A DNA stretch of 64,000 bases from contig CANBER010000001.1 of assembly GCA_947367795.1 (NCBI GenBank), forward strand, positions 1,498-65,497. The letters run 5' to 3'. Numbering within the stretch: position 1 is the stretch's first letter; each line of letters starts with the position of its first letter. Source of the DNA: an uncultured Candidatus Saccharibacteria bacterium. Lineage in GTDB: Bacteria > Patescibacteriota > Saccharimonadia > Saccharimonadales > Saccharimonadaceae. This document shows positions 18,323 to 27,170 of this stretch, piece by piece. The notes under the pieces are model-generated. The model was not told the origin of the DNA and searched no databases. It saw only the letters and a program-made list of their open reading frames with translations. A program made the position numbers and the translations under genes.

Positions 18323-18525
18323 CTATCCTTCGTCCGTAGTGGCAGTCTTGCAGTATCAGCCGGCAACTTGGGTGCGGTTGGCAACTTCGGCTACAGCAGA
18401 TCTTCCATTGCTCAAGCTTATGTTTCCGTTACCGCTGCCGGAATGTCATATTTGCTTTTTGACGCAGCTTTAATTTCGCCCACCAAAGACCAAAGTCCTC
18501 GTTGGTATGGTTTCCCCATCCGCTG
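18323..18525 (+). other. gene-less 203-bp CLec/FISUMP-like variable cassette (copy C)
   Basis: CTATCCTTCGTCCGTAGTGG...CGTTGGTATGGTTTCCCCATCCGCTG; reads LSFVRSG...RWYGFPIR*; in-frame stop at 18296 and no start codon after it. Confidence 0.85.
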
Positions 18526-18596
18526 ACAATCATCACAACAGTGCGTAAATATCTAAACCCTTAGCACTATCACTATATATAAACTAATAGGCTAGG

Positions 18597-18799
18597 CAGC
18601 GGATGGGGAAACCGTACCAACGATGGAGCGGGCCGCTCGACGGGAATACGCTAGACGCATTGAAGGCGAGGTAGTACGCGGTAGCAGAAGTAACTTGATC
18701 AAACATCACGGAAGTTGAACTCCAATCGTAGCCATGGACGCCGAAGCCCCCCAGAGAACCGTTGTTCAGATCAACGAGTCCACTACGGACGAAGGATAG
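18597..18799 (-). other. gene-less 203-bp CLec/FISUMP-like variable cassette (copy A)
   Basis: same ends; reads LSFVRSG...GYDWSS...AYYLAF...RWYGFPIRCLAY*. Confidence 0.85.
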
Positions 18800-18919
18800 A
18801 GAGTATTGAACGTAAAAATAACAGTTGACGAGGCTGGGAGCGTGAGTTCCCCATGCTGTTGGCTTAACAAAATCAGACACCCCGAGACGGAGTGCCTGAA
18901 AGTAAATCCTGGCCAGCAA

Positions 18920-19399
18920 CTATGCACGCGCGAAATGGGCGAAGGCGCGGTTGGCCTCAGCCATGCGGTGGCAGTCCTCTTTCTTTTTGAAGGCGGCACC
19001 GGTCTCGTTGTAAGCGTCGACGATTTCGAGCTCAAGGCGTTTGGCGTAAGGCATGCCTTGACGAGCACGTGCACTCTGGACGAGCCAAGAAAAAGCGAAG
19101 TGCTGCTGACGATGACCGGAAATCGGGAACGGAATCTGATAGTTTGCACCCCCAACCCGGCGAGACTTCACCTCGAAATCCGGAGAGACGTTAGCAATGG
19201 CTTTCTCGAAAACCGCAACTGGATCTTCGGAGCCTAATTTTTTGGCTGCGCCTTCGAGGGCAGAATAGACTGCGCGCTCAGCGGCTTGTTTTTTGCCGTC
19301 CAGAATTGATTTGTTGATCAAGCGCTGCACCAGCACAGACTGATATTTGCGATCTGGGCTAACTTTACGTTGAAGAGATTTGGTGACTTTGCGTGGCAT
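18920..19399 (-). CDS. rpsG: 30S ribosomal protein S7
   Basis: VKSRRVGGANYQIP; HRMAEANRAFAHF. Confidence 0.98.
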   Translation of the reverse strand: MPRKVTKSLQRKVSPDRKYQSVLVQRLINKSILDGKKQAAERAVYSALEGAAKKLGSEDPVAVFEKAIANVSPDFEVKSRRVGGANYQIPFPISGHRQQHFAFSWLVQSARARQGMPYAKRLELEIVDAYNETGAAFKKKEDCHRMAEANRAFAHFARA

Positions 19400-19402
19400 A
19401 GA

Positions 19403-19813
19403 TTATTCTCCCTTCTTTGCACCATATTTAGAGCGGCCCTGTTTGCGACCCTGAACACCTTGAAGGTCAAGCGTACCACGAACGATGTGATAGCGCACAC
19501 CTGGAAGATCAGGCACACGACCACCGCGGACCAACACAACAGCGTGTTCCTGCAGGTTGTGACCTTCGCCACCGATATAAGCCCAGACTTCCTGGCCATT
19601 GGTCAGACGGACACGAGCAACTTTGCGCAAGGCGGAGTTTGGTTTCTTTGGAGTCTTAGTAGTGACTTTCAGACAAACACCACGTTTGAGCGGAGCAGCC
19701 TGCTCATAACGCTTAGTCTTGAGCGTATTGATAATGGAACCGAGCGCAGGAGCCTTGGATTTCTTGGCGGCTTTCTGGCGTGGCTTGCGAATCAACTGAT
19801 TGATTGTTGGCAC
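19403..19813 (-). CDS. rpsL: 30S ribosomal protein S12
   Basis: [11 protein letters not shown]; [13 protein letters not shown]. Confidence 0.99.
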   Translation of the reverse strand: MPTINQLIRKPRQKAAKKSKAPALGSIINTLKTKRYEQAAPLKRGVCLKVTTKTPKKPNSALRKVARVRLTNGQEVWAYIGGEGHNLQEHAVVLVRGGRVPDLPGVRYHIVRGTLDLQGVQGRKQGRSKYGAKKGE

Positions 19814-20012
19814 AATATAACTTCCTGATTAACTTAATATTGTGGCATTTTGGTACAGCAATACAAAATGCCTGAAACTCTTGTTAGATTATAGCGCAAA
19901 TGGTCCAAAAATGCAAGAGGTTTTGGGGAGTTTTGAGGAAAGCCTCAACTTTAGGGATTATTTCGGAATTTTTGCTAAAATTTACTGTTTTTTACAAAAT
20001 GGCGCTTTTCTA

Positions 20013-20055
20013 TTGACTTTTTGGAGTAAGTGTGATATAATGGAAGGATAGGGTC
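20013..20055 (+). promoter_or_regulatory. signature sigma70 promoter copy
   Basis: TATTGACTTTTTGGAGTAAGTGTGATATAATGGAAGGATAGGGTC. Confidence 0.8.
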
Positions 20056-20102
20056 ATCTGATCAAAACCAGTAAAATAGCACTTTAGTAAGGAGGTGGAG
20101 TA

Positions 20103-20897
20103 ATGGTAAATTACTTCAAGCGCAGGAAGGAAATTTTGAATCAACTGGATGTGTTAACAACCAGACGAGCGAACTACAGAGCACAGGGCGGGATCAACTA
20201 TGTAGACTATAGCGGGGGCATCCAATACGTACTCTGCTGGAAGGCAAAGTTCCCTTTTCGTGATTGGGTGGGAGTGCTAGTCTTAACGGCGATAGTCTTA
20301 ATAATCCCAATATCTTATGCGGGGATTATCCTCAGTTTTCCGCAGGCTTTGGGGCTTTTTCTGGCAGCAGCTTGCGTATCCCAAATCATCTTAGCATTGA
20401 TGAGCAACGCCGATGCGAGGAAGTCGATCAAAGAGACTGGCCAAGGAGAAATCATTTTCTTCTGGTATTCACAGAAACTGCTGGGTAAAGTTTTGACAGA
20501 GAACAAAAAGCTTGAATCCGCAATCCATCAGGCTACTGAAGAAAAAGCATTGCGTGAAGACGAAAAGCGTAAAAGACGGGACGAAAGAAAGGCGGAACGA
20601 TTGGCGGAAGCCCGCGAAGTAAAACATCGGTTTGATCTGGCAGCGGACATCGTCCGTCAGGAATTAGGCGGTACAGTTAATTTCAGAACTGAGATTGACG
20701 AACAAACCGGAGAAGAAATCGCGACGACCGCAGTAATTGAACTGCTTAGCTCGGACCTATCCAAGATATGCACAAATGAGATCGGCATGTCAGAAAGAGG
20801 ACTCGAAATTTTGTTGGATCGCATTGCCCTGCTGCAAACCGTGGTTCAAAACCGGAGACGTTTGACAGAGCTGATGGAAGACGTCGAAGAAGATTAA
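20103..20897 (+). CDS. hypothetical membrane protein with coiled coil (ORFan)
   Basis: AAGGAGGT RBS; two hydrophobic segments and a charged helix. Confidence 0.8.
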   Translation: MVNYFKRRKEILNQLDVLTTRRANYRAQGGINYVDYSGGIQYVLCWKAKFPFRDWVGVLVLTAIVLIIPISYAGIILSFPQALGLFLAAACVSQIILALMSNADARKSIKETGQGEIIFFWYSQKLLGKVLTENKKLESAIHQATEEKALREDEKRKRRDERKAERLAEAREVKHRFDLAADIVRQELGGTVNFRTEIDEQTGEEIATTAVIELLSSDLSKICTNEIGMSERGLEILLDRIALLQTVVQNRRRLTELMEDVEED

Positions 20898-20909
20898 TCT
20901 AGGACCCTG

Positions 20910-20936
20910 GGCCCCACTTTAAGTGGGGCCATTTTT
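20910..20936. terminator. terminator
   Basis: ggccccact-tta-agtggggcc-attttt. Confidence 0.75.
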
Positions 20937-20957
20937 ATACTTAGTGAGGCTTGAGTC

Positions 20958-22313
20958 CTATTTAGATTTCTGGTTGGTCTTGGGTTCTTTGACGGCTTTC
21001 GTCTTGGTGGATCTTTTGGCGGAACCCTTGGTGCTCTTGCTATTAGTCTCAGCTAGGAAGGCTAAGGTTTTGTCGATCACCATGCGATTGCGAATATCCT
21101 GACGAACCTCGGGCTGTTTGAGACTATCGAGGGCGTCTTTTGACTTCTGATAAACGGCCTTCAATTCCGCAATTTTGGCGTCAACTTCCTCTTCGCTAGC
21201 GGTAATTGCCTGCTCTTTAGCTAAAATCTGAAGTACGAGAGAGGCCTTGACACGCTCTTCGGCGAGCTCGCGGGCGGATTTTTCCCATTCTTCGACGGTC
21301 TGACCGGCATGTTCAAGGAATTCCTCAAAACTTTGGCCATAACTTGCAGCATTGCGCACTACGTCGTCCCGGATATAACGGAGCTGATCTTTGATCAGGA
21401 TTTCGGGAGCAGAGACTTTGGAAGCCTCGACCAGTTCCTTGACGAGATCGTCATGAAATTTGCCCATCACGCGGTGGCGATTCTGTGCCTCAAGATTTTT
21501 CTTGATATCAGCGCGCAGCTCGTCCATATTTTTGAAATTGCCGCATTTCTTAGCGAGAGCGTCGTCTTCTGCGGGCTTCGTGACTTCGTTGACTTGTTTG
21601 AGCAGGACTTCAAAAGTGGTTTTTTGACCGGCCAGAGTTTTCTCAGGGTAATCCTTGGGAAAAGTCAGCTCAAGATCAAATTTATCTTCAGGTTCGTGGC
21701 CAACAATACCATCCTCGAAGCCGGGAATAAACTGGCCTGAGCCTAAAGTAAGATGATGGTCGGTTGCGCTGCCGCCCGGGAAGGCTTCGCCGTCTTTTTT
21801 GCCAACGAAGTCAATAATAACCTCATCGCCAGTCTTGGCGGCGCGTTTCACGGCTTTTTTGTCGGCATAGGCGGTAACGATGTTGTCTATGATTTCCTGG
21901 ACGTCGGCAGTAGTAGGCTCAGTGTCGCCCATCTTGGCTTTGAGATTTTTGAAATTACCAAGCTTAACTTCAGGAAGAATGTCGGCCTTGGCGACGTACT
22001 CGACAGTCTCGTCGGGCACGAATTTCTTGACGTCGACATTTTCGATGGCAATCGGCGCTAACTTTTGATCGTCAAAAGCGCGGGGCATGGTCGTGCGCAC
22101 GGCCAGATCTAGCGCGCGCTCAGCGATCGCATTGGGCGCCAGATGCTTGACGGCGAGATTGATCGGAGCCTTACCCTTACGAAATCCTTGGACTTTGATA
22201 TCTTTAGCAAGCTCGGCGACTGCACGCTCACGCACTGGCGCCAAATCTCCAGCATCAAGCGTAACTGTAATTTCCACCTTAGTATCAGATAGTTTTTTAG
22301 TAGTAGTCTTCAT
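20958..22313 (-). CDS. tig: trigger factor
   Basis: VQGFRKGKAP; FKBP domain GSGQFIPGFEDGIVG. Confidence 0.97.
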   Translation of the reverse strand: MKTTTKKLSDTKVEITVTLDAGDLAPVRERAVAELAKDIKVQGFRKGKAPINLAVKHLAPNAIAERALDLAVRTTMPRAFDDQKLAPIAIENVDVKKFVPDETVEYVAKADILPEVKLGNFKNLKAKMGDTEPTTADVQEIIDNIVTAYADKKAVKRAAKTGDEVIIDFVGKKDGEAFPGGSATDHHLTLGSGQFIPGFEDGIVGHEPEDKFDLELTFPKDYPEKTLAGQKTTFEVLLKQVNEVTKPAEDDALAKKCGNFKNMDELRADIKKNLEAQNRHRVMGKFHDDLVKELVEASKVSAPEILIKDQLRYIRDDVVRNAASYGQSFEEFLEHAGQTVEEWEKSARELAEERVKASLVLQILAKEQAITASEEEVDAKIAELKAVYQKSKDALDSLKQPEVRQDIRNRMVIDKTLAFLAETNSKSTKGSAKRSTKTKAVKEPKTNQKSK

Positions 22314-22352
22314 GAGGGATATTATAGCACAGATCCCCGGAATAGAGAAATG

Positions 22353-23942
22353 TTAGGGGGTCTGAAGGCCGGCGCGCTCAGTAGTACGGAGGTGGCGTAG
22401 AGTGTCTTTGAGGTTGGCGCCTAGCTTAACGTCGGGGTTGAGGATGTTATTGGGGTCGAAAGCTGCTTTGATCTCGCGGTAAAGCTTCAGCTCGGCATCA
22501 GAAAGTACGCCACTAGTCGACAAGGACTTGACGCGACCTTCGGGACTGCCACCAGTCAAGGAACCCTCACAGGAGATTACAAGATCGCTGTACTGGCGCA
22601 AAAAGGTAATGGCAAGTTTGCGACCATCTAAACTACTAAGGTCGACTAATGGACGAACGTTATAATTTGAAGTTGAAAACGAGCCAAACATAGGTAGATC
22701 AAGGGACAGCGTTTCTTCGAGCGTGTGTAGCCCGGCGAAGAAATCTTCCAGGCGGAAGTTCGGTACATAGACGTCGTCCGCCACGGGCGCGCGTTCGCCA
22801 GCTTGATTATCATTGAGAAAACTCATCAAGGCGGAATAAAATTCGCTAAAAGCATCGTGATTCTCGAGATTTTCTTCAATCGCAAAAGTACCAGGAGGCA
22901 GCACATCGAGGCAGTGTTGGAGATTTTTGTTGAGGCGCCATTTATGGTTATCAAAACTCACGATCACGAGCCAACCACGATCAAATTCTGGATTCAACAG
23001 GATGGGTTGATTACCATATTTGGCAGCTTCTTGTACAATACGTAGATCGTAGAATTTGAGTGAGCGTGGATCAAGCTCCTGAACGAAGTTAAGAAAACGT
23101 AGCAGCGCCTTCGCGTCAGGCAAGGTGACCGCTAAATGACGCGTCGCTGATGGCAATGGTTCCACACGAAGAATCACGTCGCTAATGACCGCCAGCGTCC
23201 CCTGTGAGGCAAACATTAGCGGAAGCAAATTAGTCACGCGTTGTTCACGAATTTTGGTGACATTGGCATATCCGGCAGCATCAAAATGCGACATGGTGCG
23301 ATTCACGATGGTATCTCCATGGCGATCCAGAAGCTGCGTAAGGCGACGATAGAGAGCACCTTCAAAGTTGGAAGCGGCAAGCTTGGGTGCGAGATTGCGA
23401 GCCGTCATGGGACCAAGCTGGATCAGATCGCCATTAGACAACACAACTTCTGCACGTTCGATATAATGAAAGACACCACCATATTTATCCGAAATGTCGT
23501 CATTCGGACAATTCGCAATCAAACCGCCCAGCGTCGCGCGAGGATCATAGTCAATTGGCAGGGTCAGTCCCTGCAAAGCCAGAGCTGAATTGAGTTGGCC
23601 CAAGGTTACACCTGGCTGCGCCCGCACTAGACGACCGCGTAGGTCTAGCTCTTCGATGTGGTTGAGTTTCTCGGTAGAAATGATCAAACCGTCCCCAATC
23701 GCTGCACCAGTTTTGTCCAATCCGGTGCCACGCAGCGTAACTGGTAAGCGAAAATTGCGCATAGCAAGCTGGTTGGTAAAACGTAAAAGCGCCTGGATAT
23801 CTTCGGAACTCTCCGGAAATACCACAAGACGCGGAGAAATTTGCAAAATCGACCGATCGGTAGAGTATTGCCGACAGATAGATGGACGATCAAAAACATT
23901 GCCAACAATGTACTGATTCAGATAATTAGCAAGTTTACTCAC
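22353..23942 (-). CDS. FAD-binding oxidoreductase (FAD-linked oxidase family)
   Basis: VTLRGTGLDKTG; TLGGLIAN; KAAFDPNNILNP. Confidence 0.88.
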   Translation of the reverse strand: MSKLANYLNQYIVGNVFDRPSICRQYSTDRSILQISPRLVVFPESSEDIQALLRFTNQLAMRNFRLPVTLRGTGLDKTGAAIGDGLIISTEKLNHIEELDLRGRLVRAQPGVTLGQLNSALALQGLTLPIDYDPRATLGGLIANCPNDDISDKYGGVFHYIERAEVVLSNGDLIQLGPMTARNLAPKLAASNFEGALYRRLTQLLDRHGDTIVNRTMSHFDAAGYANVTKIREQRVTNLLPLMFASQGTLAVISDVILRVEPLPSATRHLAVTLPDAKALLRFLNFVQELDPRSLKFYDLRIVQEAAKYGNQPILLNPEFDRGWLVIVSFDNHKWRLNKNLQHCLDVLPPGTFAIEENLENHDAFSEFYSALMSFLNDNQAGERAPVADDVYVPNFRLEDFFAGLHTLEETLSLDLPMFGSFSTSNYNVRPLVDLSSLDGRKLAITFLRQYSDLVISCEGSLTGGSPEGRVKSLSTSGVLSDAELKLYREIKAAFDPNNILNPDVKLGANLKDTLRHLRTTERAGLQTP

Positions 23943-24000
23943 CTTCCCACCTATTTAACACTGTTTTTATTGTAACATAAGCGAAAAGTCGATGATAGTC

Positions 24001-24035
24001 TTGACTTTTTTATCAATGTGTGCTATAATGGGAGG
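24001..24035 (+). promoter_or_regulatory. signature sigma70 promoter copy
   Basis: TTGACTTTTTTATCAATGTGTGCTATAATGGGAGG. Confidence 0.75.
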
Positions 24036-24221
24036 ATGGGGTACTCGCATCAATCAATTCCTAAAAAGTGTTGGGTAGGCGACCAGCAGAAGGTCTGCTA
24101 CGATTCGCGCGATGAAGCTGAGGCTGCGGCGTTAGTGGCGGAGCACGATTATGGTGCACCAAAATTGTCGGTCTATAAGTGCGAGTACGGCGATCATTGG
24201 CACTTGAGTTCACGAGGCTAA
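24036..24221 (+). CDS. small hypothetical protein, C/H motif
   Basis: near-leaderless ATG 24036; YKCEYGDHWHLSS. Confidence 0.7.
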   Translation: MGYSHQSIPKKCWVGDQQKVCYDSRDEAEAAALVAEHDYGAPKLSVYKCEYGDHWHLSSRG

Positions 24222-26344
24222 TCTTCCTGGAAAATGCCTGTGTTCGGGACCTTAGGGACCAGGCCGCGGAGGGCGGCGAGGTTAGTCGCTAGATCGAGAG
24301 TAGTGGAAGGCGAAGAGCTGTTGGCATTTGGATGATTGGGGGTAGGAGATTCGGAGGGGTCAAAGATGCTCGGAAGGTTCGAACTGGGTGAGTTCGCAGA
24401 ATCTAGAATTAGGTCACGAGGTTCTCCACGAGTCTCAGTGGAATATGGCATAAGACGTAGAACGGAACGCGACAGGACGTCAGCGATGGTAAAGTCTGGA
24501 GTCAGGCGAGGATCTAGTATCCCAAGGATGGCGTCATTGAGGATTACAAGCAAATAGTCCGCATTAGTAGTGAAAGTGATATGATATTTCCCAGGGTCAA
24601 CTGCAGTGGACTGAAGATTGGAAATAGTCGGAACGATGGGGTGACTAGAGCGCACCGTGAGACGTGCAGACATGGTACTACTGTAGCCCTTCGGGCTAGT
24701 CACGCGGACTTGGATAAAAGTATCTAGCGGCGCGTCATAAGTTTGATAGACGTCGGGGCCAGCATTGGCGGTTTCGAAGACATTGTCACCGTCTAAGTCC
24801 CAGTCATAGCGCGGAAATGATACCGATGAATTTGCCGCGAAATGAAATTGGTCACCCACTAAGCCCTCGTAAGTCTCGGAGTTCAAGCTGACGCTGGGTC
24901 GACCAGCGATTTCAGAAAGGGCGCGTTCGGCTTCGGTGCGCAAGTTATAAGCCCGGCCGTTGGTGGCCGACACGAGTGGTGCGAAGGCTTCAACATTGAC
25001 GTCTGAGGCAGTTAGTGCGTAGACATTGACGGGGTCAATTTTAAGACTTAACTCCACCACTTGAGCGAGAGTAGTAGAATCAAAATCCGGCGTACGGTAA
25101 GTGCCATCGGTGAGGAGTACGGCAGATTTGGTCGCACCGACTTGCCAAGAAAGTCGGTTCATGGAGTTATAGAGTGCAGAAAGCGCCGATTCACGACCGG
25201 TGCCATCACCGCCGGAAAGACTATGGGTAATTTTGTCGAGGTAAACGCTGAACTGCTCGGGCGTACAACTAAAATCACAATACTGAATATTCTCAAGTGA
25301 GCGCAGATCACCATAGCCAAAGAGAGCGACCCGACCGCCTTGGCTCCAAACAGCTTCCGCGAGACGTTTGGCTTCCATTTTGTACTGGTTCGCAAGGCCA
25401 ATCATTGACCCAGTGTGGTCAAAAAGGATGACGAGGTCATGGGTCGACTTGGACGACCCGGGAAGCGTGGCCGGTGGATTCTCGGAGCTGGGCGCATAGT
25501 GTTGCTTGACTTTATCCAAAATATGAGCGGCAGCATCGCGATAGAGCCCGCGCGCCACATACTGAGAGTGATCAGCAATATTGAAGCCTGAGCTACACAT
25601 AATATCTAGTCCGTTGCACCAAAGTCCGAGTTTACCGAGATAGGCCGGAGGTTGATAGGGGCGATAACTGCCGAGCACGCCTTCATAAGCGTGACAGTCT
25701 GAGACGTAGGCACGGTAATCAGAGAAATTACGGCCTAGGCAGGCGTCGGGATGGTTGCCCTTGCCTTCGGGAAGATAAGTCTTCGGATCACCAAAATTAG
25801 CTACATAGAGAATGCGACTGGAGTCCAGTGTGGGAAGAGAGTGGGTCACGAGCATGGCGCCTTGTGAGTATCCACCAAGGACAAATTTAGTTTCGGGACA
25901 GGAGGCGGAAATTTCAGCAAGGTGCGCCTGTAGTTCCTGCTCACCGATGCGCACGCTTTGGCCGAAGCGAAAAGCGCTGCCAGCACTAAAATATGCCCCG
26001 AGCAGATTGCTAATTCCTTCTACCGATCCTGAGACGGGAGAGGCGGGATATTGAAACTCTGCGTCCGGATCACTACCTAGTTCGTAAAAACGATAGCGCA
26101 GGTTTAGGCCCGCATCTTTGATCGCTGTCGTGTTTTCGGCCTGCCAAGCTGTCATACTGGCACCATTGAGCGGCTCGCCAGACCCGCGCGCGAAAATATA
26201 TTCAAGATCGACACATGAAGCCTGGGATGCGGATGAGCGTTGCAGAGCGAAAGTGCCTGGCGGCGATAAACTACAAACCGTAAAAGTAATCACGCAGATA
26301 ATTACAGCGAAGTGATACATTTTAGTGGTCAGTTTGGATAGCAT
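24218..26344 (-). CDS. secreted cutinase-like + vWA + PKD-like protein
   Basis: signal peptide; IFARGSGE and GGYSQGA cutinase motifs; DLVILFDHTGSM vWA MIDAS; YDWDLDGD; C-terminal VPNTG. Confidence 0.85.
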   Translation of the reverse strand: MLSKLTTKMYHFAVIICVITFTVCSLSPPGTFALQRSSASQASCVDLEYIFARGSGEPLNGASMTAWQAENTTAIKDAGLNLRYRFYELGSDPDAEFQYPASPVSGSVEGISNLLGAYFSAGSAFRFGQSVRIGEQELQAHLAEISASCPETKFVLGGYSQGAMLVTHSLPTLDSSRILYVANFGDPKTYLPEGKGNHPDACLGRNFSDYRAYVSDCHAYEGVLGSYRPYQPPAYLGKLGLWCNGLDIMCSSGFNIADHSQYVARGLYRDAAAHILDKVKQHYAPSSENPPATLPGSSKSTHDLVILFDHTGSMIGLANQYKMEAKRLAEAVWSQGGRVALFGYGDLRSLENIQYCDFSCTPEQFSVYLDKITHSLSGGDGTGRESALSALYNSMNRLSWQVGATKSAVLLTDGTYRTPDFDSTTLAQVVELSLKIDPVNVYALTASDVNVEAFAPLVSATNGRAYNLRTEAERALSEIAGRPSVSLNSETYEGLVGDQFHFAANSSVSFPRYDWDLDGDNVFETANAGPDVYQTYDAPLDTFIQVRVTSPKGYSSTMSARLTVRSSHPIVPTISNLQSTAVDPGKYHITFTTNADYLLVILNDAILGILDPRLTPDFTIADVLSRSVLRLMPYSTETRGEPRDLILDSANSPSSNLPSIFDPSESPTPNHPNANSSSPSTTLDLATNLAALRGLVPKVPNTGIFQED

Positions 26345-26521
26345 TTTACTCCTTGGCCTGAAGCCTAATTAATGATTTGTGCGAGTATAACAAAGCTCGC
26401 AACAAAAACTCAAGCATAGCCATGATAATTTGGTAAAATTGCAAAAAATTGCCCTTTTGTGAGGCAATTTGGGGTATTTTCTAAGGGTAAAGCTTAAATT
26501 TCGTCAAGCATAAGTACGTTA

Positions 26522-27169
26522 TTACCAGATAATTTCTGGCATTGCGTGTGCGGCGAGGAACTCATTAGCGAGACGAAAATGGTTGTTGCCGAAAAAACCG
26601 CTGCGAGCAGAAAGTGGTGAAGGATGCGCCGATTCCAAAATCAGGTGCTTTTCGGGGTTGATCAGCGCGCGTTTACTTCGAGCATCACGCCCCCAGAGCA
26701 TAAAAACAAGATGTTTGCAGCGATTATTAAGATGGCGCACGGTAGCTTCGGTGAAAACTTCCCAACCTTTGCCACGATGCGATCCGGCTCTGTGGGCTTC
26801 GACCGTGAGGACATTATTCAGCAAGAGAACACCCTGCTTCTGCCAAGCCGATAGATTTCCGGTAGGGTTGGCGTGCTGACCGTATTCGGTATCAATTTCT
26901 TTGTAAATATTGACCAGCGAAGGTGGGATAGGCTGAGAGTTTGGTACTGAAAAGGCGAGCCCATGAGCCGCTCCTGGGGTATGATAAGGATCTTGCCCCA
27001 GGATAACAACTTTGACTGCATCTAGATCCGTCGTAAAGGCCCGGAAGACCTGGGTTTTAGCTGGAAACACATCTTTGGAAGCATAGGCTTCGTGCAAGAA
27101 TTTACTAAGTGACTGAAAATAGGGTTTGGAGAATTCTTCAGCGAGAAATGGTTTCCAGCTTTCGTGCAT
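26522..27169 (-). CDS. ung: uracil-DNA glycosylase
   Basis: GQDPYH; HPSPLSA. Confidence 0.98.
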   Translation of the reverse strand: MHESWKPFLAEEFSKPYFQSLSKFLHEAYASKDVFPAKTQVFRAFTTDLDAVKVVILGQDPYHTPGAAHGLAFSVPNSQPIPPSLVNIYKEIDTEYGQHANPTGNLSAWQKQGVLLLNNVLTVEAHRAGSHRGKGWEVFTEATVRHLNNRCKHLVFMLWGRDARSKRALINPEKHLILESAHPSPLSARSGFFGNNHFRLANEFLAAHAMPEIIW

Positions 27170-27170
27170 T

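Noticed and set aside
18597-18799. Copy A as the DGR template for copy B (or the reverse)
   Set aside because: Many mismatches fall on non-A bases in each copy; no RT gene in the window.
18584-18919. 111-aa ORF as a real gene or an rpsG read-through fusion
   Set aside because: TTG start with no RBS. The 40 codons before the cassette resemble nothing, and a stop-free stretch that long is plausible by chance.
19845-19873. Hairpin in the rpsL 5' leader
   Set aside because: A real stem (GGCATTTTG/CAAAATGCC), but nothing supports a function beyond an ordinary leader structure.
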